Below are positions 18,106 to 27,317 of a DNA stretch of 64,000 nucleotides, one piece after another. The number at the start of each line of letters is the position of its first letter. The stretch's first letter is position 1. The translations under genes and the position numbers were made by a program. The notes beneath the pieces were generated by a model. It was not told the DNA's origin. It saw nothing but the letters and a program-made list of their open reading frames with translations, and ran no database searches. Source of the stretch: Burkholderiales bacterium (GTDB lineage: Bacteria > Pseudomonadota > Gammaproteobacteria > Burkholderiales > SG8-41); NCBI GenBank assembly GCA_035524795.1, contig DATKOF010000004.1:3607-67606 (forward strand). Reading direction: 5' to 3'.

Positions 18106-19941
18106 GTGCGCGTTCTCGGCATTTCCGCTTTTTACCATGACAGCGCGGCTGCGCTGATCGAGGACGGCGCCATTGTCGCCGCCGCCCAGGAAGAACGTTT
18201 CACCCGCAAGAAGCACGATGCGCGTTTTCCCGCCAGCGCGATCGCCTATTGTCTGCAAGCGGCCGGCGTCGGTCTCGACGCCGTCGACTGGGTCGCGTTT
18301 TACGACAAGCCGTTCATCAAATTCGAGCGCCTGCTGGAAACCTATCTGACCTTCGCGCCGCGCGGCTTCCGCTCCTTCCAAATGGCGCTGCCGCTGTGGC
18401 TGCGGGAAAAGCTGTTTCAGAAACAGCTGCTGCGGGACGAGCTGAGGAAAATTTTTCCGGATTTCGACTGGCAGAACAGACTGCTGTTCTGCGAGCATCA
18501 TCAAAGCCACGCAGCGTCGGCGTTTTTCGCATCGCCGTTCAACGAGGCGGCGGTGCTGACGATGGACGGCGTCGGCGAATGGGCGACGACTTCGGTGGCT
18601 GCCGGCAGCGGCAGCACGCTGACGATGCTGAAGGAGATTCATTTCCCGAATTCCCTGGGGCTGCTTTATTCGGCGTTTACCTACTACACGGGATTCAAGG
18701 TCAATTCCGGCGAGTACAAGGTGATGGGGCTCGCCCCTTACGGCGAGCCGCGTTACGCGCAGACGATCTTCGATCACCTGATCGACGTCAAACCCGACGG
18801 CTCATTCCGGCTCGACCAATCCTGGTTCAATTACTGCACCGGCCTGACGATGACCAACCGGCGGTTCAACGATCTGTTCGGCGGCCCGCCGCGCCGGCCT
18901 GACGAACTGCTGACCCAGCGCCATATGGACCTCGCGGCCTCGATCCAGCAGGTGACCGAGGAAGTCGTGCTGCGCCTGACCCGCGCGCTGGCCGCGGAAA
19001 CGGGCGCCGAAAACCTGTGTCTGGCCGGCGGCGTTGCGCTGAATTGCGTCGCCAACGGCAAGGTGCTGCGCGACGGCAGGTTCAAGAATGTCTGGGTGCA
19101 GCCGGCGGCGGGCGACGCCGGCGGTGCGGTCGGCGCAGCGCTCGCCGCCTTTCATCTGTACGCGGGGAAGCCGCGGCTCCTGAACGGCGCGCAGGATTCC
19201 ATGCACGGTTCCTACCTGGGGCCCCAGTATCAGAACGCGGATATCGCGCAGCGGCTTGCCGCGGCCAGCGCCAGATTTGACCAGATTTCCGACGATGAAC
19301 TGACGCAGCGCGCGGCCGGCGATCTGGCCGCGGGGAAAGCGCTGGGCTGGTTCCAGGGGCGCATGGAATTCGGTCCGCGCGCGCTCGGCAACCGCTCGAT
19401 TCTCGGCGACGCGCGCTCGCCCGCCATGCAATCGACATTGAACCTCAGGATCAAGTATCGCGAGTCGTTCCGGCCGTTTGCGCCGGCCGTGCTGCGCGAG
19501 GATGCCGCCGACTGGTTCGAGCTCGATGCGGACAGCCCTTATATGCTGTTCGTCGCCGATGTCGTGAAGCGCCGCCGCCGGGAAATGACGGCCGGGGAGC
19601 AGGCGTTGTTCGGCATCGCTAGGCTCAACGTGCCGCGCTCCGAAATTCCCGCCGTCACGCACGTCGATTACTCGGCGCGCATCCAGACCGTCCATCAGGA
19701 AACCAACCCGCGTTTCCACAACCTCCTTTCCGCTTTCAAGGCGATCACCGGCTGCCCGGTGCTGGTGAATACCAGCTTCAACGTGCGCGGCGAGCCGATC
19801 GTCAATACGCCGGAAGACGCTTTTCGCTGCTTCATGGGCAGCGACATCGAAGCGCTCGCGGTCGGCAATTGCTACCTGGTCAAAAACGAACAGGACCCGG
19901 CGTTGCGGCAGGATTACAAAAACCGTTTCGAGCTGGACTGA
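18106..19941 (+). CDS. carbamoyltransferase (NodU/CmcH family)
   Basis: VLGISAFYHDSAAALIEDG...AAQEERFTRKKHD N-terminal signature. 611 aa is typical of the family. GTG start. Confidence 0.9.
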   Translation: MRVLGISAFYHDSAAALIEDGAIVAAAQEERFTRKKHDARFPASAIAYCLQAAGVGLDAVDWVAFYDKPFIKFERLLETYLTFAPRGFRSFQMALPLWLREKLFQKQLLRDELRKIFPDFDWQNRLLFCEHHQSHAASAFFASPFNEAAVLTMDGVGEWATTSVAAGSGSTLTMLKEIHFPNSLGLLYSAFTYYTGFKVNSGEYKVMGLAPYGEPRYAQTIFDHLIDVKPDGSFRLDQSWFNYCTGLTMTNRRFNDLFGGPPRRPDELLTQRHMDLAASIQQVTEEVVLRLTRALAAETGAENLCLAGGVALNCVANGKVLRDGRFKNVWVQPAAGDAGGAVGAALAAFHLYAGKPRLLNGAQDSMHGSYLGPQYQNADIAQRLAAASARFDQISDDELTQRAAGDLAAGKALGWFQGRMEFGPRALGNRSILGDARSPAMQSTLNLRIKYRESFRPFAPAVLREDAADWFELDADSPYMLFVADVVKRRRREMTAGEQALFGIARLNVPRSEIPAVTHVDYSARIQTVHQETNPRFHNLLSAFKAITGCPVLVNTSFNVRGEPIVNTPEDAFRCFMGSDIEALAVGNCYLVKNEQDPALRQDYKNRFELD

Positions 19942-19944
19942 GCA

Positions 19945-21270
19945 ATGGGAAAACCGTTGCCACTGTCCGCCGGAAAAAACCGGGCGCTGGAAATATTTCT
20001 GGTGCTGGTCTCGCTGGCGGTCGGATATCTGCTGGTCGAAGCATCGTACCGCTGGGTTCTGTATTTGCGCTACGTTCACCACGCGGTTTATCCGGTCACG
20101 ATAATCGACGTGCCGCAGGATCCGTCGGGATTCGGGCGGCCGGGAAGCGTCCGCGGCTGGTACGTTCCGTCGAAGTCGTTCACGTTCACCCAATATGCGC
20201 CGGACGGCGCGATGTTCGATCAGCATCGCGTGCAGATCAATAATCTGGGCTGGGTTTCCGCCTACGATTACGACAGGCATAAAGCACCCGGCGAATATCG
20301 GATCGCGGTCGTCGGCGATTCCCTGACGGCCAGCATCAACAACACCAAACCGTGGCCGGATATTCTGCAAAGCAGGTTGAATGAAGACCGACCGCTGCTT
20401 TCCAGGTTGGGAGCCAGAAAGATATCCGTGCTGAATCTGGGAGTCGCCGGGGCAAGCATGGAAATGATGGCAAACCCCCTTGCCGTGATCGCGCGCCGCT
20501 TCTCGCCGGACATGGTGATCGTCAATTTCATTGCCGAGGATCTGTCGCGCCGGCACAGCGACGATTTTGAACGCATACCCGCGGAGCCCGCGATCCCGCC
20601 GAGTGATATCTCCGAAGCTGCCGTCGCACAGGTTCCGCCGCACCTGGAAATCAGCGGCATCGAAATTCCCCTGGATTGCAGATCGGGTCCGCCGCTGCCA
20701 GCCAACCCCGACTGCAAGGTGTCGACGATGTGGTATTCCCCTTCCAGCGAAGTGCTGGACAGGGAAGCTCTGAACAAGATCAAGCGCCGCGCCGCCTGGA
20801 GGCTGCTTCGGGACCGCGTGATCCTGTCGCCGAGGCCGCTCGCCATTCTGGAGCTTCTCGGCAGGCCTGTAATCCCGCGCGCGGGCGCGTCCGAACCGGC
20901 GCCACTGGCTGCATTCGATCGCGAGCGGCAGGACAGGGACATCGGAATCAGGGCGCTCAAGGTCATCCGTTCCATCAGCAGGAACATGCTGGTGCTGCAC
21001 AATCCGCTCTACTGGCATTTGAAGGGGCACGCCTACAGCACGGACCAGAAATTGTCGCCCATCCTCGATCCTTTCGTTGCCGATGCCAAGCGCGCCGGCA
21101 TCGAAATCGTCCGCATGGAACAATACATGCCGGTGAACAAAGGGGAGGGCGAATGGAGGCGCTGGTACAATCATTTGCCGTACGACGGACACTGGAGCGA
21201 TTACGGCGCCGAAATCTACGCCGGCGCCGTAGAACAAGTCATTCGCAGCCGTCTTCCGGAACGCCGGTAG
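19945..21270 (+). CDS. membrane-anchored SGNH/GDSL-like hydrolase or acyltransferase, paralog 1
   Basis: N-terminal TM helix, YRIAVVGDSLTASINN (GDS block), C-terminal PYDGHWSDYG. Confidence 0.6.
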   Translation: MGKPLPLSAGKNRALEIFLVLVSLAVGYLLVEASYRWVLYLRYVHHAVYPVTIIDVPQDPSGFGRPGSVRGWYVPSKSFTFTQYAPDGAMFDQHRVQINNLGWVSAYDYDRHKAPGEYRIAVVGDSLTASINNTKPWPDILQSRLNEDRPLLSRLGARKISVLNLGVAGASMEMMANPLAVIARRFSPDMVIVNFIAEDLSRRHSDDFERIPAEPAIPPSDISEAAVAQVPPHLEISGIEIPLDCRSGPPLPANPDCKVSTMWYSPSSEVLDREALNKIKRRAAWRLLRDRVILSPRPLAILELLGRPVIPRAGASEPAPLAAFDRERQDRDIGIRALKVIRSISRNMLVLHNPLYWHLKGHAYSTDQKLSPILDPFVADAKRAGIEIVRMEQYMPVNKGEGEWRRWYNHLPYDGHWSDYGAEIYAGAVEQVIRSRLPERR

Positions 21271-21295
21271 CCGGATATCGGGGCGTAAAAATATT

Positions 21296-22618
21296 TTGAA
21301 ACCTTCATCATTGTTCGAGAGGCACGCCAGGCTGGCGCAGGCGGTCCTTGTCGTGGTGTCGCTGCTGGTCGGGTACATCCTGATCGAAGCGGGATACCGT
21401 CTGTATCTGTACCGGCATTACACCGTTCAGCCCGGGTACCTGGTAATGACGACCGACGTGCCGCCGGTCGCGACGACATTCGGAAGGCCGGGGAGCGTGT
21501 TCGGCCTGTTTGCCGCCGGCAAGCCGTTCACGCTGACGATCTATGCGCCCGATGGCACGATGTTTGACCGGCATCGTGTGCCGGTCAACAACCTGGGGTG
21601 GGTGTCCGAATTCGACTACGCGCGGCGCAAGGAAGTGTCCGAATACCGGATTGCGGTGGTCGGTGACTCCCTGACGGCGAGCATCAACAATTCGCAGCCG
21701 TGGCCGGATGTCCTGCAGCGCAGGCTCAACGAGGACAAGCCGCTGCTCGCGAAGCTGGGGGTGCGCAGGATTTCGGTGTTGAATCTCGGCGTGGCCGGCG
21801 CCAGTATGGGAATGATGGCCAATCCGCTGTCGGTAATCGCGCGCCGCTTCTCGCCGGACCTGCTGGTCGTGAATTTCATTGTCGAGGATCTGCCGAGGCC
21901 CTATGCGGATGATTATGCGAAAGTGCCTGACGATCCGACGCCGACCCCGCCCGATATCGCGTCTGAATCGGAAATCAAGCCGCCTTACGTGAAGGTGGAC
22001 GGACTGCAAATCCCCCTGTCCTGTTCCTCCCAGCCTGAAGTCCTGTCCAATCCGGATTGCAAGGTTTCGGTGATGTGGTACGTGCCCAAAGAGACCGTGT
22101 TCGACAGGGACGCGATCAACCACATCAAGTTTCACGCCGCGAAGCAGATCGTCTGGCACCGCGTGATGCTTTCAAAGGAACCGCTGGTATTGCGCCAGTT
22201 AATGGGCAGGGCGATCATCCAGCAGGCGACGACGGATCTTCCCGCGCCGCATCTGCTGTCGGTAAAGCGGGACGAGGAAGAAAGAGCGCGCGCGATCGCC
22301 GTCCTGAAATTCATTCAGTCCATACATCCGAACACGCTGGTTCTGCACAATCCCCTGTACCCGCACCTGAAAGGGGAGACCTACATCCATGGCGTGACGC
22401 TGGCCTCCGATCTGGATCCATTGATGGAAGAGGCCCGCAAGTCGGGCGTTTCGATTACGCGGATGGAGCGCTACATGCCGGTGGAAAAAGGAGAGCGGGA
22501 GTGGACGCGCTGGTACAACCTTCCCAACGACGGACATTGGAGCAATTACGGCGCGGAAGTCTATGCGGCGGCGGTGCAGCAGGTCATCGAGCAACGCCTG
22601 TTGAGCGGACGCAAATGA
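21296..22618 (+). CDS. membrane-anchored SGNH/GDSL-like hydrolase or acyltransferase, paralog 2
   Basis: Collinear with the previous ORF over its full length, with the same GDS and DGHW blocks. TTG start per track. Confidence 0.6.
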   Translation: MKPSSLFERHARLAQAVLVVVSLLVGYILIEAGYRLYLYRHYTVQPGYLVMTTDVPPVATTFGRPGSVFGLFAAGKPFTLTIYAPDGTMFDRHRVPVNNLGWVSEFDYARRKEVSEYRIAVVGDSLTASINNSQPWPDVLQRRLNEDKPLLAKLGVRRISVLNLGVAGASMGMMANPLSVIARRFSPDLLVVNFIVEDLPRPYADDYAKVPDDPTPTPPDIASESEIKPPYVKVDGLQIPLSCSSQPEVLSNPDCKVSVMWYVPKETVFDRDAINHIKFHAAKQIVWHRVMLSKEPLVLRQLMGRAIIQQATTDLPAPHLLSVKRDEEERARAIAVLKFIQSIHPNTLVLHNPLYPHLKGETYIHGVTLASDLDPLMEEARKSGVSITRMERYMPVEKGEREWTRWYNLPNDGHWSNYGAEVYAAAVQQVIEQRLLSGRK

Positions 22619-22658
22619 TGAAACCGGGTATTTTCATCGGAATGAAATCAGGCCCATC

Positions 22659-23120
22659 ATGAAAACCCCGTTGTTTATCACCGCGGAAGACAAAATCCAT
22701 GGCGACGATGCGGTCGCGGCGATTCTGGTGATGGAGGACGGAAGATATGTGATGCAATTACGAGACGCGCTTCCGCAGATCTTTTACCCGGATCATTGGG
22801 GCTGCTTTGGCGGAGCGGTGAATCCCGGCGAGGAGCCGCTCGCCGCGCTGTATCGCGAACTCAGGGAGGAAGTGGAAATCGAGGTCGAGGGCGCAACACA
22901 GTTTGCGCGATTCGAATTCGATATCCAGGTGTGGCCCAGAAAGGTCTATCGGAATTATTATGAAGTCCGCGTTCCGAACGATTTTCTGTCCCGCGCGGTG
23001 CTGCGCGAAGGCGCCGCGATCAGGGCCTTCTCCGGTGTAGAGATACTGCAGCAGCCGAGGGTGACGCCTTATGACGCGTTCGCGCTCTGGCTGCACTACA
23101 GGTCTCTTCGGTTCCGCTGA
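22659..23120 (+). CDS. NUDIX hydrolase
   Basis: Nudix box GGAVNPGEEPLAALYRELREEVEI. Confidence 0.85.
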   Translation: MKTPLFITAEDKIHGDDAVAAILVMEDGRYVMQLRDALPQIFYPDHWGCFGGAVNPGEEPLAALYRELREEVEIEVEGATQFARFEFDIQVWPRKVYRNYYEVRVPNDFLSRAVLREGAAIRAFSGVEILQQPRVTPYDAFALWLHYRSLRFR

Positions 23121-23167
23121 GTACGGGGCATGGAGGGCGGCCGCTTGTCGTTCCAGGAGTCCCGGGC

Positions 23168-24424
23168 GTGCTGACCCAGGCCCGGATCAGATTCGAATTG
23201 TTGCGCGCCCGTCTCCGGCGGCAGGGTGTCCTGTGGCTGGCGGGGCGCCTTCTCGTCGGATCGGCGCGCGCCATCGGCTGGGTCGTGCTGCTTCCGGCCA
23301 CCCTGATTCTTCATCTGGCCGGCTGGCGGCGGGTGCTGGTATTCACCGACCGCATCGGTCACCTTGCCGCAGAAGTGGACTGTTTCCTGAAGGCAAAAGC
23401 GCTTGGAGAACTTCCTGCCCGCCGCTGGTTCATCCTTGCCCCGCCGCACCGGGTTTCCAACCGGACGCTGCTCGAATACTGGAAGCCGCACATCCGGGTC
23501 GTGACTTCTCCCTGGCTATGCACTGTGCTGGGGGCCATGTCCCGGTGGCCGGGCCTGATGTCGCTGGATGCCAGCCACTACGTGCTGCGCCTGAATGCGA
23601 CCGCGGAATATTTCAGAATATGCGCCGAATGGGGCGACCGTCCCCCTCTGTTGCGGTTATCGGAGGCGGATCGGAAAAGAGGGCGCGATGCGCTGGCGTC
23701 CATGGGCGTGCCGCACGGCGCATGGTTTGTCTGCGTCCAGGCCAGGGAAGGCGGTTTCTCGCCGGTTGACGAAGCGCTCCACAGTCACCGCAACAGCGAT
23801 GTCGGGAGACTGTTGCCGGCGATGGCATTCATCGTCTCGCAGGGCGGATGGTGCGTGCGCATGGGCGATCCGACCACGACGCCGCTGCCGCCGCTGGCCA
23901 ACGTCATCGATTACGCCCATCACTCCGCGAAATCAGACTGGATGGATGTTTTTCTGTGCGCGAGCTGCAGGTTCTTCCTCGGCAATTCTTCCGGGCTCGC
24001 CATCGTCAGCAACGTCTTCGGTGTTCCCTGCGCTCTCGCCAACATGGTTCCGCTCAGCAATCTGAGCTATGCGCCGCGGGACATTTCGATCCCGAAGCTG
24101 CTGCGAGCGAAGGACGGCGGCCGTTACATTTCGTTCGAGGAGGCTTTCCGGTCGCCGCTGGCGAATTACCGGCTGGCCCGGCTTTATGAAGAAGCGGGCG
24201 TCGAGGTCGAGGAAAATTCCGGCCAGGAAATGCTGGGGCTGGCCAGCGAGATGCTGGAGCGGGTGAACGGAACAAGGGTCTACAGCGACGCTGACGAGGA
24301 GTTGCAGCGGCGCTTTCATTCCCTGTTGCGGCCCGGACACTATGGTTATGGATCGGCGTCGCGCATCGGCGCGGATTTTCTGGCCACCCACCGGGACCTC
24401 TTTTCTTCTGCCGCGGCCTGCTGA
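23168..24424 (+). CDS. putative glycosyltransferase (resembles the TIGR04372-type family)
   Basis: 418 aa. Family assignment is from memory of similar proteins (HRNSD, VRMGD, FLGNSSGL segments) and needs HMM confirmation. Confidence 0.45.
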   Translation: MLTQARIRFELLRARLRRQGVLWLAGRLLVGSARAIGWVVLLPATLILHLAGWRRVLVFTDRIGHLAAEVDCFLKAKALGELPARRWFILAPPHRVSNRTLLEYWKPHIRVVTSPWLCTVLGAMSRWPGLMSLDASHYVLRLNATAEYFRICAEWGDRPPLLRLSEADRKRGRDALASMGVPHGAWFVCVQAREGGFSPVDEALHSHRNSDVGRLLPAMAFIVSQGGWCVRMGDPTTTPLPPLANVIDYAHHSAKSDWMDVFLCASCRFFLGNSSGLAIVSNVFGVPCALANMVPLSNLSYAPRDISIPKLLRAKDGGRYISFEEAFRSPLANYRLARLYEEAGVEVEENSGQEMLGLASEMLERVNGTRVYSDADEELQRRFHSLLRPGHYGYGSASRIGADFLATHRDLFSSAAAC

Positions 24425-24425
24425 C

Positions 24426-25442
24426 ATGAAGACGCAACCCGCGCCACGGTGCCTGCTTTGCGGGAATGACGGCGTCAGGCGCTACTCCGGTCTGAAGGAC
24501 CGGATGTTCGAGACACCGGGCGAGTGGACCCTGGTGGAATGCCGTGACCACAACTGCGGACTGCTGTGGCTGGATCCGATGCCGGCACCCGAGGATATTC
24601 ATCAGGCCTACCGACAATACTATACGCACGGCGAAATTACCCGCGATTCATGGGCGAGACGGATTTACCATGCGGTGCGGGCCGCCTACCTTTCGAACCA
24701 TTTCGGCTACCCGAGCAACGCCGGCATCCCGCTGCTGCCGAGACTTCTGGCTTCACTGGCCGCATGGGTGCCGCATCTTGCGGTTCGGTTCGACGCGAGC
24801 GTCATGTGGCTGCGCGCGAAACCGCAAGGGCGCCTGCTCGAAATCGGCTGCGGACGGGGAGACCTGCTCCATCATCTCAGTCGTCTCGGCTGGGAGGTTC
24901 AGGGCATCGATCCGGATCCGAAAGCGGCGGCGACCGCGCGCGAACGCGGGCTGAACGTCAGTTGCGGTTCGCTGGAAAGTGTTTCATTCGCGGACGAGTC
25001 CTTCGACGCCATCATCATGAGCCATGTCATCGAGCATCTTTACGACCCGATCGCGACCGTCAGGGAATGTCATCGGATATTGAAGAGCGGCGGGCGACTG
25101 GTGCTGCTGACGCCGAATACCGGCAGTCTCGGACACAGCAAGTACGGACGGAACTGGCTGCACCTCGATCCTCCCCGGCACCTGCATCTGTTCAATATGG
25201 CCAACCTGCCGAAAATCGCCCGGAATCTGAGGTTCAGCCGGATGGAATGTTTCAGCGTCATCCGTGATGCGGACTGGACGCTGGGCGCAAGCCGGCAGAT
25301 TGAGCGCGAAGGCAAGTACAAAATGGGGCGACTGCCGTTCCTTACCCGGGTATGGGGTTATTGGCTGATGTATGTCGAGCGTCTGGTTCTTGCATTCAAT
25401 CCCGGCCGGGGGGAAGAGATCGTATTTCTGGCCGAGAAATAA
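24426..25442 (+). CDS. class I SAM-dependent methyltransferase with N-terminal Cys-rich (zinc-ribbon-like) segment
   Basis: CLLCGN...CRDHNCG, then LLEIGCGRGDLL motif I and FDAIIMSHVIEH. The ATG at 24426 is preferred. Confidence 0.8.
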   Translation: MKTQPAPRCLLCGNDGVRRYSGLKDRMFETPGEWTLVECRDHNCGLLWLDPMPAPEDIHQAYRQYYTHGEITRDSWARRIYHAVRAAYLSNHFGYPSNAGIPLLPRLLASLAAWVPHLAVRFDASVMWLRAKPQGRLLEIGCGRGDLLHHLSRLGWEVQGIDPDPKAAATARERGLNVSCGSLESVSFADESFDAIIMSHVIEHLYDPIATVRECHRILKSGGRLVLLTPNTGSLGHSKYGRNWLHLDPPRHLHLFNMANLPKIARNLRFSRMECFSVIRDADWTLGASRQIEREGKYKMGRLPFLTRVWGYWLMYVERLVLAFNPGRGEEIVFLAEK

Positions 25443-25459
25443 CGCCATTGCAATGCGGG

Positions 25460-26470
25460 CTAGCGGCGATTCACGATGTCACGCAGGCGGGTCGCCATCA
25501 ATGATTTTATCCGGGCAAACTGTATTCGTTTCCCGCGCTGGATGAACCGGCGCTTGCTCCATATCCCGGACAACCCCTTCAGCGCATCCAGTTTGGCGCG
25601 CCATATCGGTTTGGCATGCCCAGCCAGGGAAAACCACAGCAGCGCTGCAAAGTTCATTGCCAGATGCAGCGGCAGATATATCCAGAACCAGCCGCCGGGG
25701 AAATTCTTGACGAAGGTCCAGACCAGGTTGCGGTGGCCGTAATAGATCGAGAAGTCGCTGCGCTTTCCGGTCAGCGCCGATCCCTTATGCAATACGACGG
25801 ATTGCGGCACATACAGGCAGCGGTGGCCGAGCAGCCGCAGCCGGAAACCGAGATCGACATCCTCGACATAGCAGAAATAATCTTCGTCAAAACCGCCGGC
25901 TTCGACAAAGGCCGCTCTCTTGTACATCGCCGCCGCGCCGCACGGCGAGAATATTTCCTTTTCTTCTCGATAGGCGCCGGTCGCCGGCGTGCCGTGCCCT
26001 TCACGCCACACCAGTCCGCTGATGTGGTAAACATCGCCGACGCCGTCCAGCAGTTCCGGCGCGTCGGCCATCAGCATGCGGCTGCCGAAGAACGAACATT
26101 CGGGATGTTCGTGCGCCGCAGTCAGCAGCGCCTCCAGCCAGCCGGGCTCGGCGAACGCGTCGGGATTGATCAGCGCGATCCAGTCGCAATCGCCGGCCGC
26201 GCGGACGGCGACATTATTGCCGGCGGCGAATCCCAGATTTTTTTCTTGCCTCAGCAAAATCACTTGCGGGAAATTTTCCGCGACGCGCTCGCACGAACCG
26301 TCGCTGCTGGCGTTGTCAACGACCAGGATTTTCTTTGGCTGCACGGTCTGCGCCGCCAGCGCGCGCAGGCAGCGCGCCAGCAGTTCGCCGCCGTTCCAGT
26401 TGACGACGACCACCGCAACGCTCGCCGCGGGCTTAGCGGGCTGCGACGACATCATCGAGGCAGGCGGCAA
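25460..26470 (-). CDS. family 2 glycosyltransferase (rhamnosyltransferase-like)
   Basis: VAVVVVNWNG...VVDNASSDGS and YVEDVDLGFR. Confidence 0.85.
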   Translation of the reverse strand: MPPASMMSSQPAKPAASVAVVVVNWNGGELLARCLRALAAQTVQPKKILVVDNASSDGSCERVAENFPQVILLRQEKNLGFAAGNNVAVRAAGDCDWIALINPDAFAEPGWLEALLTAAHEHPECSFFGSRMLMADAPELLDGVGDVYHISGLVWREGHGTPATGAYREEKEIFSPCGAAAMYKRAAFVEAGGFDEDYFCYVEDVDLGFRLRLLGHRCLYVPQSVVLHKGSALTGKRSDFSIYYGHRNLVWTFVKNFPGGWFWIYLPLHLAMNFAALLWFSLAGHAKPIWRAKLDALKGLSGIWSKRRFIQRGKRIQFARIKSLMATRLRDIVNRR

Positions 26471-27317
26471 GCTGATCTTCCCACGGCGCCATTTCGATGC
26501 CGAGGGCGCGTTTGATTTTGCCGCTGTCGAGCACGGAATTCAGCGGGCGTGCGGCCGGCAGCGGATAGTCCGCCGTCGTCACCGGATGTATTGCGGCCCA
26601 TTTTCCATCGCCGCCCGAAATCCGCCGCGCGATGTCGACGATTTTTTGCGCGAAATGGTAGCGCGATACGGAACCGCGCGCGGCAAGATGGTACAGGCCG
26701 CAAGTCTCCAGCGGCGGATCCCGGCCGATCAATCCGGCGGTGGCGTCGGCGAGCGCGCGCGCCCAGGTCGGAGAGCCGATCTGGTCGTCGACCACTTTCA
26801 GTTCATCGCGCTCGCGCGCAAGGCGGAGGATGGTCAGCACGAAATTGCTGCCGCGCGCGCTATAGACCCAGCTGGTGCGCAGTATGAAATGCGCGCAGCC
26901 CGATTGCGTGACCGCGCGCTCGCCCTCCAGTTTGGACGTTCCATAGACGCCGAGCGGATGCGGTTCGTCTTCTTCGATGTAGCCGCCGGACTTCGCGCCG
27001 TCGAAAACGTAATCGGTCGAATAGTGGATCAGCAGCGCGCCGAGCCGTTTCGCCTCCTCGGCGAGGATGCCCGGCGCCTGCGCGTTGATCCGCATCGCGA
27101 GCCCGGGCTCCGCCTCCGCCTTGTCGACGGCGGTGTGGGCGGCCGCGTTGACGATGATGTCAGGCGACGCTTGCCGCAGCGCTGCACGAATCGAGTCGGG
27201 GCTGGCGAGGTCGAGCTCCGAGCGGTCGAAGGCCGCGACGGAACCAAGGGGCGTGAGCGCGCGCTGCAGCTCCCAGCCGACCTGGCCGTTGCTGCCGGCG
27301 ATCAGTATGCGCTTCAC
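26433..27317 (-). CDS. rfbD: dTDP-4-dehydrorhamnose reductase
   Basis: [23 protein letters not shown], operon context with rfbBAC. Confidence 0.9.
   Translation of the reverse strand: MKRILIAGSNGQVGWELQRALTPLGSVAAFDRSELDLASPDSIRAALRQASPDIIVNAAAHTAVDKAEAEPGLAMRINAQAPGILAEEAKRLGALLIHYSTDYVFDGAKSGGYIEEDEPHPLGVYGTSKLEGERAVTQSGCAHFILRTSWVYSARGSNFVLTILRLARERDELKVVDDQIGSPTWARALADATAGLIGRDPPLETCGLYHLAARGSVSRYHFAQKIVDIARRISGGDGKWAAIHPVTTADYPLPAARPLNSVLDSGKIKRALGIEMAPWEDQLAACLDDVVAAR

Noticed and set aside
18802-21378. 858-aa minus-strand ORF, the longest in the track, spanning the 3' end of the carbamoyltransferase gene and the first SGNH-like gene
   Set aside because: It is antisense to two ORFs with clear family motifs. 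The translation is Arg/Ala/Gly/Pro-rich and low-complexity with no recognisable motif. This is a typical shadow ORF of high-GC DNA.
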